NCBI GenBank assembly: GCA_052426225.1
Contig: JBNJNM010000009.1
Span: 992,001 to 1,056,000, forward strand
Direction of reading: 5' to 3'
Source: Zancudomyces culisetae HAW-14-8
Lineage: Eukaryota > Fungi > Kickxellomycota
Length of the DNA stretch: 64,000 bases
Below, one piece after another: positions 24,904 to 38,171 of this stretch. Position 1 is the first letter of the stretch. Each line of letters begins with the position of its first letter. A program made the translations under genes and the position numbers. The notes beneath the pieces are model-generated. The model searched no databases and had not been told where the DNA came from. It saw nothing but the letters and a program-made list of their open reading frames with translations.

Positions 24904-26323
24904 ATGAGCAAAAGGTAAATACAAAAGGTTTCCCCAACAGGTAGAATAATGGTTACTCGTGACGACGATTCTATGATTAATCAAAATCCAGCTTGTGTGT
25001 TATATACTTCTTTTTTTTGGTACGAGTGTTTATAATTTCAATACCAAAAAAATAGACCCACGATTCTGCCAACCGCGGTAGTTTGCGAAAATGCAGTAAT
25101 TGAAGGCGATGTGACTATAGGTAATGCCCAGCTCTACTAAATTTCAGGTCTTCTTTATATAAATATGAATATAGAATGAAAATCCCAGTTTCCCCCAAAA
25201 GATCTGTTTATTGTTTTAGTACATTCTCTTATTATTATTGTATACACAACTGCTATTTGTATAATACTTAATACTCAATTGCTTACTTTGTCAACCATTA
25301 TAGGTTCAGGTATTTTACATTATATCTACTTACCCCAATACAAGTCATATCATTGTGTATTCTTCCCCCTCCCCCCGTTTATTTTGTCTGTTTTTTGTAC
25401 AAAGCTTTTGTGCTAACGAAATTACTCGGTTTTTTCTTCTAGGCACAATTATCCAAACTGATGTTAGCATTATTGCTGAAAATGGACCTATTATCATTGG
25501 AAGCAATAACATTATTGGAGAGCAGGTTACAATATACAACAGGTATGTCGAAAAACAAATACGAAATATCACCATGCATGTTAAGGTTACTTTGTTAACC
25601 CCCATCTTCAAAACATTTCCTTGTAAATAAATAGGTCAGGTAAACCGCTAACAATTGGCGATGAGAATACCATCGAAACCAGAGCGTGTACGTCTTATAA
25701 TATGAAAACCATATGTGAATATAATATTGGCGAATGATGAACATATTTAACATGGATAAAACTCATAAACATCACTAGATATTGAATGTCAGAACATTGG
25801 GCATAGAAACATTATCCAAACATGTGGAAAAGTTACAGGTATTTCGAAAATAGGAAACAACTGCATCGTTGGGCTGGGGTGCAGTCTAGCGTACGACGAG
25901 GAGATATCAGATGGAACAGTTGTGTATGGGCGAGATAACATGAAAAGGATCAGAAATGATGATAATAATGTAGGTCTATAATTTATTGTCATTAGCCTCT
26001 TCAAAGACTGGTTCTGTTAAATAAAAATTTTGATATAGACGGATACATGTCCATATTTATTGCTAATTATTCTATGCTGCTGGATCTTATAGGATTACTT
26101 GGAAACTTTGAACAGTCATTTAGACTATTTGAGAGAGGTAAACACACTTTCTGAAATTTGTCGCTGCTTGGACAAAATAACACAATTGCATCGAATAAAT
26201 ATTAGCTTTATTTGCGCTTTATATAAACTCACACCGAAAAAAAATGCTAATATGCGATAATAATGATAATATACATGTATATAGGTTATTCCAAAATACA
26301 ATGTCGTCCGAAAAGTAAACTAG
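24904..26323 (+). CDS. DCTN6: Dynactin subunit 6 (p27), 8 exons including a probable 6-nt microexon at 25304-25309
   Basis: Spliced translation MSKRPTILPTAVVCENAVIEGDVTIGSGTIIQTDVSIIAENGPIIIGSNNIIGEQVTIYNRSGKPLTIGDENTIE...VVYG...HLDYLREVIPKYNVVRKVN*. Left-handed beta-helix hexapeptides matching p27. All introns are GT-AG and phase-compatible. Confidence 0.9.
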
Positions 26324-26633
26324 TTCCTCGATTTCCATGCGTTTCTCTTTAGTGTATTCACTCCCCGTAATATCTACAAAAACATCTTGTTTTTCACACA
26401 CTTCTTGTATTTGTTTTTAGTCTTGTTGCTCTCCCATCTTTTTTTAGCATTTTCTTTTTTTAAAAAAACATTGAATAAACACAATCCCATCTTGTGAACA
26501 ATGATCGAAAATGGGTATTTTAAAGCCTCAATCTGAATTTTCCACCTGCAATTACTCCCTCTTCGCACACTTGATCTATTTATTTCCAAATAGAAAAAGA
26601 GATTGCATATGAGATGAATGTTTACCCGTCACT

Positions 26634-27131
26634 TTATTTGAATTGCACCAAGGTAAAAAACGCTGGCAAGGTAATACAAGCGAAGGCAAAAGCCATTAAT
26701 ATTAAAATTCGGTTCTTACGTTTTGGGTTGGCTAGAGCAGTAGTTTTCGGTTTATATATTATCGTTTCCTCTACAGGTAGTATAAAATACAATGATAAAA
26801 TGAAATGCTGCAACATTGAAGCGAGAATAAAGTCACGCAACTCAAGTAACGATTCAAACAGAAAGTGCTACCTTGATTCGTCTCATCTTTTTTTCCAACA
26901 CCAAGCAATGCATCATCCCAACCTAAATTCCAGAATATAACGTTCAGTATGATAACTACATATTAATTTATCCCATTAATTCTCACAAACAAAAGGAATG
27001 AACGAGCGAGGGAAGGGGTGTGAATCTGTGAGTTGAATTTAGTAAATACCTTTTAAAAGAAGTCGTTCAACCTCCTCTGCGTTAAAAGCTTCGAGTCCTA
27101 GACCTTTGCTATTTTCCAATTCTTCCGACAT
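26634..27131 (-). CDS. Hypothetical small protein with C-terminal hydrophobic helix (about 3 exons; 3' end uncertain)
   Basis: ATG at 27131 gives MSEELENSKGLGLEAFNAEEVERLLLK, then a GTATTT donor; middle exon ...GWDDALLGVGKKDETNQ with a GTAGCA donor; last exon EETIIYKPK...RILILMAFAFACITLPAFFTLVQFK*. Phases are compatible. No family recognised. Confidence 0.5.
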
Positions 27132-29989
27132 GTATTCGCCCTGACCGTTGTTTATGTTGGCTTTTTGATTTCTCTTTTTTAAAAAAAATGTATATACACA
27201 AAGCTCAGTAAGATTGAGGAATTAAAAAGAAATGGTAATTAAGGATTTAAAAAAATCACCAAAATAATTATTTTTTCTGGGTATCAAACAAACAAATATG
27301 AAAATCCATTTGGGGGGAAAAAAACTACATGCTTCCTGAACGGAGGTGTACGTGGCGAGGCCCAAATAAAAGCCATTCAAACATACAATAAAGCTGGTTA
27401 TGGTGTAGGAGTATACTAACACATATATGGTATTGTCAAGAACTTCTTGTTTTCTACATCAACAACGAAATACGAAAAAAACAGTTCAGAACCAGATAGA
27501 TTTTTGTAAAATAATTTAAGGATGTACATTCTCTGTTCTACTACTCTGTGATTTAGAACCAAGAAGAGTAAGGGATGGTTGTGTGTGGTGTGGTTAGAAA
27601 GATACTAAAACACATGGATTAGTAGCTATCCTTTTGTGACACTTTTTGCAGATAAACAGATAGCTATAGCATGTTTCGACTTGTCAGTTTATATTTCTAT
27701 ATATTTCAATGCTCAAAGCTATAACGAAGGTTTTCAAAAATTAAAAATATGGGTAATTTCAGTACTATGACATAGCTCATAAAATCATATCGTTTTTTTT
27801 AAAAGAAAGGATGTACCATCTTACAAATACTGTGTGTTTGAGGGAATTAGGAACACGTAACCAGCCCCACATATTCCTTGGTAGTTTTCGGCTAACCATG
27901 CACCAAAATAGTGGGAAAGCCAATGGTCGTATAATCACAAGCGGTCTTGTACTTTTGCTTCTAGACCTCTAAAAAAACCGAATTTTGCCACTGGTTATGT
28001 TAAAAATGGAATAAAACATTCGTGTCTTTGAGTTTACCAGTGATTTTACTAAATCCTTATCTTGGCTATATTCGTACATTCAAAAGATCAGTTGAAGTGT
28101 GGAACTAGAAACGCGAAAAGCTAAATAAAAAAATACTGAAGATGAGCCTTTTTGACCTACTTTTCCCTGTTCTCTCTCTTTCTCCTCCCCCCACGTGCTT
28201 TCAACCATCGAAATTTAGGGTGGGGATGCGATTCTCTTGTAAGCTAAAATCACAGCCTTGATCCTTTCTTTTTTTTTATTTTTTTAAAGTCTAAAGCATT
28301 GGATATTTAATAGCCAAAGCCGACGGCGAGGTTTAAGTAATTAGTAGACATGACGTAAATGCAATATCATTAACTGCTAAGGGGGCAATTTACACTGATC
28401 TTCCATATAGATTTACAGGTTTTCGCAAATGATTAAATTGTAAACCCAAGTTTGCTGTGCCTGAGAAATTTATAATTAGTAAAGTATAGGAAAATTTGCA
28501 GATTTTCCAATTCTAAATTTTTGAATTTGTTAATATTGATGTGTTTTCAAAAAAAGAAAAGGTGCTAAAACAAATAAGCAATGTAAGGACATAGTGAAAA
28601 TCATCAAATCCCAACTCTCGCATGGTTAACAACAATACTAGGTTTGCTAGCAAAAGAAAAGGGGAGGAAGGAATGGGGTGTAGAATGTGCTGCAAAGCTA
28701 GAAAAAAAGTGTGTGGATATAATGTAAAACAACATCAATATATGAACAGGTAGGTTTTTTTGGCTAGATTAATTGAAATTTTGATGATCAACTAGGTATA
28801 TTTGAATCAATGACAAGGTTAAATGAATATGATAATGAGGTAGATTTAAAAGTATAGTTAAAAGCGATTATCAAAAGATGAGGGGATATGTGTAGTATAG
28901 AGCAAAAAAAAAGGTGACGTATTTCCAGGATCGCAACCACATCTTCCTTTTGTACCCCCTGGCACTTTCTAATGCTGGTCACTTTGTGTACGGGAGGGGA
29001 GAGGGAAAGAATATCAGATACGCTTGTGCTGTTTTCGTTAATAGTATTGAATATGTATAAATTAATGCTTTCTAGAAACCGCTCCTGATATGAGCTGGAG
29101 TTGTTTTTTTGAGGAGCGAAAACCTGACAGGGAGGACGACGGCGGAGGATGGTAAAAAGGCTAATAAATAGGTGTGGTTACATTCAGTTTTCAGCTTGTG
29201 CTATATACAGGTTTTTCTTTTTAAAAGTTACCTTAAATTTTCGATTGTGTAGATCAACCTGATTTTAGGATATGCTAAATTTAAATGAATAAAAAACCCT
29301 AGCGTATGGCTATTGACTTAATAAGAAAGCACAATGGAATGTATTGACGCTATTGTATTGAAATATTAATCATGGGAAATTAATTCAAAAAACAGTATAA
29401 TATCATTTGAGAAGCTCAACATAATCCAAAATCAGGACAAGGCGTGTTATGATGTATTATAACATAATCAGACAATAGAGTAACACATCAAAAAAAAATG
29501 AACCCAGAAAAGTATAGAGTTCGGACATACAAAACATTGTGCGCCCCTTTTATAAGATGCTAATTGTGGTACCAATATAATTCGGAAAATAAAATAAACG
29601 ATACCTATTTTTATCTTTTCGCTTACAAAATACGTAAACCAGGATATTTAAGGAGTAATAAATACTGTATTGTTAGCTGGTACAGGCGAATACGAGGAGT
29701 TATTAGTGCGGATCTCTTGTGTGTAAAGCAGTATTTGTCATAATAATAACACACGGAGAGTAATATATATACTACAGACAAAACGGCTGTTATAAAGAAG
29801 ATATAACTCCGTATAACACTGGGTGGATTTGTTGGATTAATATCTTGTGCAAGAAAAAAAAAGAGAGAAAGGCATTCGTTGTTTAAAAGCTGGAAGCCAC
29901 AGGTTAGCTAAAAAGGAACAGTAATAGTAAGATAGTTGTAAGCAAAGTAAAATATCACTATTTGATTACAAGTGGGAAGAAAAATTGAT

Positions 29990-32794
29990 ATGATAATGGA
30001 TGAAAGAACGGTTCAGGGTAAAAATAACGAAAAAAAGAAGCGTGGATTCAACTTCAAGAGCATAGGAAATGTATTCAAGCACCTTGTGGGGTCTACAGAA
30101 CCCAACAGAAAAGAGAAGGGTACTCGAAATACATTTATAGACAAGATACAAAAAGATCTGGATAGTAATATTGGGGATCGCTCTAGTAAATATTTTACCC
30201 TAAGCGGTGGTAGTGCAAGAGCCGAAAAACTGAAAAGAAAGAAAAGTGTGGGCAGTCTTTTTGACGGCACAAAAAGTGAATACGATAATCCTGAGAAAAC
30301 ACTAAATTTATTTGGTACGTTTGGGAAGAGTGATTTCAAAAATATTTCTCATGAAAACTATAAAGATACAGGGATACAGAACGAGCGGGTAGAAGGTGAT
30401 GAAAGTAAGGAAATTGGGGGACAGAAAAGTGTCAAGAAAATGAGTTCTATAAGCAGACTTAGAAAATCGATATCAGTATACTTTGAGAGCAAGTTTAGCA
30501 TTGGACCTCACACTAAGGAAGAAGATATGGACAACGAGGAAGTACATAATAAGCTGGTGAGAAAGGGTAAAACGAAATCAGAGAATGTTGATATTAAATC
30601 ACTTTCCAACCTATTCAACAGTGATAAAAGGGCTGAACAAGGCAAAGGGAGTCATAGAAACACATCAACTAATTTAAACACCCATTTACTGACAAATAAC
30701 AAGGGAAACCTCAAAAAACACAAGAGCTTTGACAGTATCAATAGCGAAAATACATACAGTGAGAGTGCACGAAGCTACAGCTTGCGAATGAAAACGGTTG
30801 GTGCTAGAGGTGAAATTCCAGATAGACGAAGATCGCTGGCCTATGCCAAGTTTATAGTAAATGAAAAAAAGAAAAGTGGTACAATTGAAGAAAGTATGGT
30901 CAGTATAAATGATGGTGCTGAATACAGTTGTAGTGATAATAGTGATCAAAGCTATAAAGGTAAAGGCGGCAGAAAGAATGAGAGCAAAGAAAAAATTGTG
31001 AGCAAGAGGGGGTGTAGTACTGGAAGATATAGTGCCGAGGATGAGGCAACAAAAATAAAAATACTCAAGCAGGCGGCAGCAGCAATTGATAAACAGATTG
31101 AAAGTAAAAAGAAAAGCAATAGAGATGGATATGCACAGAATAGATACGTAACAGTTGTTGATGATGCTGGTAATAGAAACAGTGTATTTATAAACGACCC
31201 GAGACAGCACGGCGGAAATGGAGATGCAGACAGTAGGTTAATAGATAGCGTTCTTAGCAACAATAAAGAGAGTCGTGGAGCCTCCAGTGAATCAGTAGAA
31301 AGCGTTACCAAAAGTTACTATTCATATGGAGAACAAAAAAATAGTGAAAAAGGAAAAGACGCAAACAAAAAAGAACTGAGTTTGGAGATAGAATCGCCAA
31401 TACTCATATCCATCCAAAGAGATAATGACAAGATCAAGCTTGTTCCACTTCAAAGAATTGAAAGTGTTCGGATAGTTAAGCAGAAAAACGAAACCAGTGT
31501 TGATGATTCAAGTGACTCAGATGCAGAAAATGGGATCGAAAGCTTTACAGTCGTTCAAATAAAGAATACTCCAAATCAAAAGGCTGATATTACAGAGAAA
31601 GCTGAGAAAATGGTAAATTCTGATAAACTAAACAAGAGAGGAAAAGTAGAAGAATGTGAAAAAACGAATGTTAACAGCATAGGCCGTAATTATGAAGAAG
31701 TACAAAACAGCAGTGACTTAGAAGCCATCTTTGATGAGCTGGAACGACTGGCAGACAAGTGTAGAAATAGCAGTGTTGGGTTAGCATCGCCCAAGCGCGA
31801 AAACAAAAATGCGATAAAAAACCTCAAAAAAATGATGTACAATGACAACGGCTTGTTGTCCGACAAATATCTGAATGTAAAAAGTTCAATAGACAATGTC
31901 AATACAAGATTCAAAGAAAATAGTACAGAAAACAAGCCCAGTACAATCGAGATAGGTAACAGTCTGCTCGCTGAAAACGCACGAGAATCATTTTCAACCA
32001 ACAACACATGCTACTACGAAAGACTCAAGGACGACTTGACCCACTACGTAGATGCTGAAGAGCTATTTAAAGACTCTAATGGCACATGCGTGGACGGAGA
32101 ATCCCCTGAGGCGAAAAAACCACGCTCAAAAACTGGAGACTCGCCAAAAAAAAATCATTACATAGATTTATCTAATAACGCATCAAGAAAAAACTCTACC
32201 TCCGAATCCAACAATCATATAGCGCAGTCAGAGCTCGATAGATTTGAGCTGCTATGCATTGATGATGGATTCGACGGTTTTGTGCCGTTAAATTCTTCCA
32301 GCTCTCTGGCAAATAATCAGTCCACCCCCTCCCCCAGTCTGCCTGCTTTATCTAAATCTTCCGTCATATTTTCTCCAAAGCTCAAATTTGACAAATTTGA
32401 GACTCCAATCACCCCCAAAAAAAGCTCTGAAAATTCTCGTTTTCCAAACATATCGGACTTTAGTCCCGCCAACACTGCCAGCTCAGCTTCTCACGACCAT
32501 CAAGACTCGATGTCTTTTCAAAAAGTGTACAACGATGCGGGAACCAGCATATCACCAACCTCACCCCTAAAGGAGTTTTCCAACAATACACTTGTAGAAA
32601 AAACCTTCAGATTTAACGAGACTGTGCTTATCTATCCCACATACAATTCTGAAGAGTACGACAGACTTGGCTGTGATGTCGAAAAGATCTCATCTGAACT
32701 TGCCCATGAAATCCGTGTGGAACTAAACAATTTCAAATACTACGAAATGATAGTGCATAAAGATTCCATATGTAACACGCATTTTATTGATTAG
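29990..32794 (+). CDS. Bni4/Afr1/Phactr-like PP1 (Glc7)-targeting protein, mostly disordered
   Basis: C-terminus FRFNETVLIYPTYNSEEYDR...LAHEIRVELNNFKYYEMIVHKDSICNTHF matches the Bni4/Phactr PP1-binding C-terminal module. First ATG at 29990. Confidence 0.8.
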   Translation: MIMDERTVQGKNNEKKKRGFNFKSIGNVFKHLVGSTEPNRKEKGTRNTFIDKIQKDLDSNIGDRSSKYFTLSGGSARAEKLKRKKSVGSLFDGTKSEYDNPEKTLNLFGTFGKSDFKNISHENYKDTGIQNERVEGDESKEIGGQKSVKKMSSISRLRKSISVYFESKFSIGPHTKEEDMDNEEVHNKLVRKGKTKSENVDIKSLSNLFNSDKRAEQGKGSHRNTSTNLNTHLLTNNKGNLKKHKSFDSINSENTYSESARSYSLRMKTVGARGEIPDRRRSLAYAKFIVNEKKKSGTIEESMVSINDGAEYSCSDNSDQSYKGKGGRKNESKEKIVSKRGCSTGRYSAEDEATKIKILKQAAAAIDKQIESKKKSNRDGYAQNRYVTVVDDAGNRNSVFINDPRQHGGNGDADSRLIDSVLSNNKESRGASSESVESVTKSYYSYGEQKNSEKGKDANKKELSLEIESPILISIQRDNDKIKLVPLQRIESVRIVKQKNETSVDDSSDSDAENGIESFTVVQIKNTPNQKADITEKAEKMVNSDKLNKRGKVEECEKTNVNSIGRNYEEVQNSSDLEAIFDELERLADKCRNSSVGLASPKRENKNAIKNLKKMMYNDNGLLSDKYLNVKSSIDNVNTRFKENSTENKPSTIEIGNSLLAENARESFSTNNTCYYERLKDDLTHYVDAEELFKDSNGTCVDGESPEAKKPRSKTGDSPKKNHYIDLSNNASRKNSTSESNNHIAQSELDRFELLCIDDGFDGFVPLNSSSSLANNQSTPSPSLPALSKSSVIFSPKLKFDKFETPITPKKSSENSRFPNISDFSPANTASSASHDHQDSMSFQKVYNDAGTSISPTSPLKEFSNNTLVEKTFRFNETVLIYPTYNSEEYDRLGCDVEKISSELAHEIRVELNNFKYYEMIVHKDSICNTHFID

Positions 32795-33193
32795 AGCTGT
32801 CATATTATATTGTTAGATTCAGTTTTTCTTTTTCTATAATATTTTTTTGACCTATGTTTGGCTGAGGTTGTAAACGGTCTAGCAGCACACAAGACGTATC
32901 TTTTTTTAAAGCAACACACATCGTGGATTGCCCACTTCTTGTATCCTCCCTCCTAAGTGTTCCTCTTTTCTAATCACGTTTTCATCGTGTGCTAATTCGT
33001 CGAAATCAATTAATTAATTTTTTTTTCTTTTCCTTTTTATGACCATAATCTTGTATTTTTTTTTTCAAGGTGGTTCTGGCTCAAAACATTGAATTGTTCA
33101 AATCAAAACTCTTAAATCAATTAGCAACTCTAAATTGATAAAAAAAATTTCTACAATTTGTTTAGTTAGCAATAATTGAAAAGATATCGAAAA

Positions 33194-34167
33194 ATGAGTG
33201 ATAAAGGCGAGTCAAAATGTCCAGTGGACCACACTAAGCAACAGATACAGGTCAATAAAACCAGTGAAAATACCACAGCAAAATGTCCGAGTGCAAACCA
33301 TAGCAAATTCTATGGTGGGAAAATAAACCCGTTGAACAACATGCCGGAAGACTTGTCACAATCTCTACCTGGCGCACAACAAGCAAACCTTCCAAAGGAA
33401 AGAGAGATTTCTTCGATTCCAAGATCTGATGGCCAAAACGGTGAGAACTGGGAGTATCCATCGCCTCAACAATTCTTCAATGCATTGAGCAGAAAGGGGA
33501 TGCCAGTTGGTGAGGAACATGTTGAAACAATGGTGCACATCCACAACTTTTTAAATGAAGGTGCTTGGGACGAAGTGTTGAGATGGGAGAAACGTATCGA
33601 TAAGTATGTCGTTTTTCTTATTTTTTTTCTTTCTGATTATATACATATATATTTTGCCCAGGAACAATAGTCAAAAGTTGCGATTCTAATTTGGTTATTG
33701 ATATTAATAGCAAGTGTAAAATCCACCGATTAACTCGATTACAAGGAAGACCCAACGAACCAAGTCCTAAAGCGAGGTTTTTCAGTACATTTTTGTAAGT
33801 ATAACTATACATCACAAATGCTAAATCCCATTTGAAAAGATTTTTTTTTTCTTGCAAACTTTACTGCTCACTATAATCGTCAAAACGAGTCTGTGACACA
33901 CACACACACGCATAATACATACGTCTATATACTAATATATGTATCATATACCTTATGAATCATCAAAATAGTGGCACGAAGCCCTTTGACCGCCATGATT
34001 GGTATGTTGATAGATGCGGAAAAGAAGTAAGGTACGTAATCGACTACTACGAGCTCCCCAGCGAAGACGGAAACCCTGCCTTTAGTCTTGATGTTAGACC
34101 TGCTTTGGACTCGTTTGAAGCTCTGTTCAGTAGGATCTCCATGTTTTTTTCTTCAAAGGATCAATAG
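33194..34167 (+). CDS. CYC3: Holocytochrome c synthase (cytochrome c heme lyase); exons 33194-33603, 33711-33794, 33972-34167
   Basis: CPVDH heme-regulatory motif, [61 protein letters not shown] and YPSPQQ indicate the Cyc3 type rather than Cyt2. Confidence 0.93.
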
Positions 34168-34437
34168 TCCAGACCTAGCCCTAGCCTCTTCCTACTACGC
34201 ATGTCGCGTTCAGGTTTATAATTTTGCCAATGTATTAAAGTATAATAAAAGTTTTAGAGAAAAATAATAGAGTTCGGCGATCTTGAACCGTGCTTTATAA
34301 ATGTACGAATTCAAACGGACGCAAAATAAACGTTAACTGGATGTGCATTGGTGGTTTGATACTAACAATCTTGTTTTTTGAAAGAAAAAAAGTACAAATT
34401 AAACTAGGTAAAGCAAACAATCTAAACTTTTGAGATT

Positions 34438-35535
34438 CTAGGGGCGGTATGATGGCGGTAAGTCGGTTCCAGCATATTCACCACCACAAACATCAGTGCT
34501 ATTGCCGCCAGCATTGTTATGGCTTGGGTTTATGGCGCGGTTTGTACTAACAACTACTGGTGGTCTACCGACGCTTACATTGGGTGCTCCTAATGCATGT
34601 TCATACGAGGGTAACAGCTCGTGGTGCTGAGGAACTTCTCCTGTTTCTATTAAAGTTAAACATTTTGGTGTTGCCGTGAATATGAATATCATGACTTTAT
34701 CCGCTTGTTCTAGTAGAAGATAGATTTAATAATAGAAAATGTGTAATTACCTCTCATTCGGTCCATCAATTCCCGAGTCATATTGTAAAACGCATATCCG
34801 CCTATAACATCCAGTGTTTATCCATTCAGTACTCTTGTGCCTGTTGGTGTCAAGCTTTTATAGATATTTAAGAGGTATTATGGGTGTGATTATTTACCTT
34901 CGCTTTTAAACGTTAGTTTCAATAACGGAGAGCTCTTTAACCCGCCACCAGGAACCTATACCATTACCAACCAGCAAGTTAATTCTTATTTTTTGTTTAA
35001 TGGTGTTTTAACGTTGTTTCAAAATAGACTTTATAAGAGTATTTACTTACCGGCTCGACCTCGGCTTGGAGATAATTGGCTCCAAACAGCGGTTGTTTAT
35101 AAAGAACATCCGAAAGCATAGTCAAATGTGCCGAAAAGCTCTGAAATTCGTCTTGTGCTGTATTCCTTTGGCTTGAAGACGAATTCATCGCCGCATTCTC
35201 ACCAACTTTCAAATTAGACGAAATGTAAAACATCCGCAAATTTGATATATATGCCTGGCCTTTTGAGCAGGTACGCTTCATCCAATCCCCTGGGTATCCA
35301 CTATTGGTTTACGTTTGTATTGTCTTATTATTATCATTTTCTCTATATCTCTTCTTTATTCTACTTTGGTATTTAATGATAGCTGCTCAAGAATATGGCG
35401 AAAAACGTCAAATTAGTAAATTTACCTTCCGCATTCAATGTCTAGTTTTACGCCATCTGCTTTGAATAATATATTTTCGTTTGGTAGTGGGATTGGAGTA
35501 AAATCCTCCGAGTATAGCACGCTATTAATAGACAT
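34438..35535 (-). CDS. WW-domain-binding protein 2-like (PH-GRAM plus PPxY), 5 exons
   Basis: MSINSVLYSEDFTPIPLPNENILF...GQAYISNLRMFYIS...FQSFS...KQPLFGANYLQAEVEP|VPGGGL..LKLTFKSEG|GYAF..., ending in LPSY and LPPSY motifs as in WBP2. Confidence 0.85.
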
Positions 35536-35981
35536 CTCCAATCTTATATTCGCAATTTGGAAATCTACTGTGGTGTTCAAATAGTCCTTTTCATATTTTA
35601 AAGTAAGCCTTTTAAGGTCAACCTATATCAAATGAAATATCATGGGCGATTACTTTTTGCGACAAAATTAAGCCAGGAATACCAACAGCTTTCCAAATAA
35701 ATAATGTTCACGTGATTTTTATAGCAGCCAATAGCCTGGTATGGAAGATTTGGATTATGACAATGACTCAACCATCAAGAAATTTTGCGAATGAGATTCA
35801 ATTGGACAGTTTCAACTGGACTTGGATTGCTTTCATGTATTATTTACTGCTCACGCACTAAAAAAAACAAAGTCACATTTTACTGTTTCAAAAAATATTA
35901 CATACTACATATAGTCGAAGGCATAAAGTAAAGGATTTATCAAAATTAAAAAGGGAATAGCAAGGTAACTCACAGTAGAAA

Positions 35982-37546
35982 ATGGGAGACCAAAGCATAA
36001 ATCTAAAGGATTTGTACAAAAAGGCAAAGGATCAAATTAAAGATTTGGAAGATTCCACGCTGAGGGGTGACTCTGAAGAGTATCAGGTAAATGATTCTAC
36101 TTTTTATTCTCATTTCAAGCTTGTTTAAAGTCTGAGTATTTCAGAGAGTCATGGATGCATTTGTGGATTTACAGAGTAAAATAAAGTTATGAGTTTGATT
36201 TCTATAGAATAAAGTTGCAGATGTACTAAAAAGTCTCGATCAGTGCCAAGAATTTGTACACAAGCTCTCATTGTTTAGTGAAAACGAAACGATTGAGGAT
36301 TATGGCAACGCAGAAATAAGGTAATGCGTATGTTCAATACTTAATGTGATTTTATGTGCATTTCAACTCTTAAAATTATCAACTCATTGAAGCCAAATAA
36401 ACCAAAAAATTACTGAATATATATACAAAGGTTTTTGATGATACCAAGACTACAGGCCTCTATGCTAAGCAAATTAAGAGGTGATAGAATGGTCTCTGTG
36501 GAAAAATCCAAGGTAAATATGATATGTTATTACTTGTAAAGCTGGATTGGCTATATTGTTTTAATTTCCAATATGTTTACATGATTGAAAATTTGGTATA
36601 AGAATTGGTATAAAAGCTAGAAAGGGTTTTCTTATTGTTAGTTGAAGCTACTGGAGTTCATTGAGAAATTGATTGACCTGGAGATTGTGAATGACGAGGT
36701 AAGAACGATATTTATTTATTTACTTGATGGTTTTTGTGTCAAATTGTGGTAAAGTAATGCATAACATACAATTCTCATGATTGTAGGATGTAAAATACTT
36801 TGAGGATGTAAAAAGAGGAGTAAAGCCTGACGCTGTAAAACTTAGAGAGCTCAAAATAACAAGATTTAAATCGCAAATGGCGTTAAAAAAGGAATTGAAA
36901 GAGGTCCAGAGCATGCTGGATGGGATGAAAGAGCTTGATGATGAATTGGAGGACGATGAGCTAGAACGGAAATGTTTGATAAAAACACTTGAGCTTGAGG
37001 TAAAAGTGTGTATTGACGACTTGGCCGCCACTATGGAAGAAATAGAATTGATAAAGCATTTTGAAAAAATAAAAGTAAACACTGGAGATGAACAAGCAAA
37101 CAAGGAAGAGAAAGTGGATAGCACTTGGAGATTGGATGGGGGGCTTCATGGAAAAAAACTGCTAGACGGCAAAGGGAAGCCACTAAAAACATTTACACTA
37201 ACAAACGACAGAAAAACCATTACGAAAAACGTCTTTAGACCAGGATATTCGCTGCCTACAAAGACCATTGACGAATTCCTTGAAGACGAATTTAAGAGAG
37301 GAGGTGTTATTACATCTTCAAAGTAAGTACATATAATAGCACCTGTATTTTGGCAAACTAAAATCTAGAATACTAATCCATAAATGCGTTATACCACATA
37401 GTAATGGCCCAGAGATTGATCCCGATGAAGACGATAATGATGAGGAACTAAAGGATAATGATGCTGAGCTTTACAAGCAGCGAAACTGGGATGACTTTAA
37501 GGACGATACCCCTAGAGGCTCAGGAAATAGAACAAACCATGGCTAG
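35982..37546 (+). CDS. TAP42: PP2A-associated protein Tap42/alpha4 (IGBP1), multi-exon
   Basis: LSLFSENETIED, RELKITRFK, GKPLKTFTL, VFRPGYSLPTKTIDEFL, and terminal RNWDDFKDDTPRGSGNRTNHG*. Confidence 0.92.
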
Positions 37547-37901
37547 AGCCATATTGTAATTATCTCTCCCTATACATGCCATTTTACGAGGCAGTTTCTA
37601 TTCCCGAGTATGGCACACTGGTTCGTTTTATTATTTTTGCTACTTTACTACATATTTTATTGTTTGGTAGGTAGCTCTACCCCAAGTCAAGAATACTCAA
37701 ATGAAAATAACATCTGCATATATCCTATCACTTTTACTTTCACATACTTTTCTACTCTATCTCTAGCAAAATTTTGTAACCTTTAGCAAAAACTTAAATA
37801 AAATCGGAAATAAACAAGACCATGGGTGCTAGCCTCTTTGTTTGTTCGTGGGTTCATTTTTTGCAAAATGCGATTGTCTATGGAAAAATACAACAATGGA
37901 T

Positions 37902-38171
37902 TTAATCTTGCTCCCCCTTCTCCATCTCTCTTTCTCTCTCGATTTTTTCTTTGCGCATCATTCTCTGTTCTCTAAATGTCTGTAATTGAGCTTGTATACC
38001 CTCTACATTTTGCGCTGGTCTGTTTTTAGGGATTGGATGAAAATCAAAGTAATCTCTCTCTACATACCTATCGTAAAAGTATGGTGCCCCGAAGAATGTC
38101 ATTGTGCCAACAGGCAAAAATACATAGACAGCAAACTTGATAATTTCAACTTTTCCGCTTCCACCTAACAT
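37902..38171 (-). CDS. PET100: Cytochrome c oxidase assembly factor Pet100
   Basis: MLGGSGKVEIIKFAVYVFLPVGTMTFFG: the E-x-x-KF-x-x-Y-x-x-x-P-x-G N-terminal TM pattern of Pet100, followed by a charged tail. Confidence 0.85.
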   Translation of the reverse strand: MLGGSGKVEIIKFAVYVFLPVGTMTFFGAPYFYDRYVERDYFDFHPIPKNRPAQNVEGIQAQLQTFREQRMMRKEKIEREREMEKGEQD

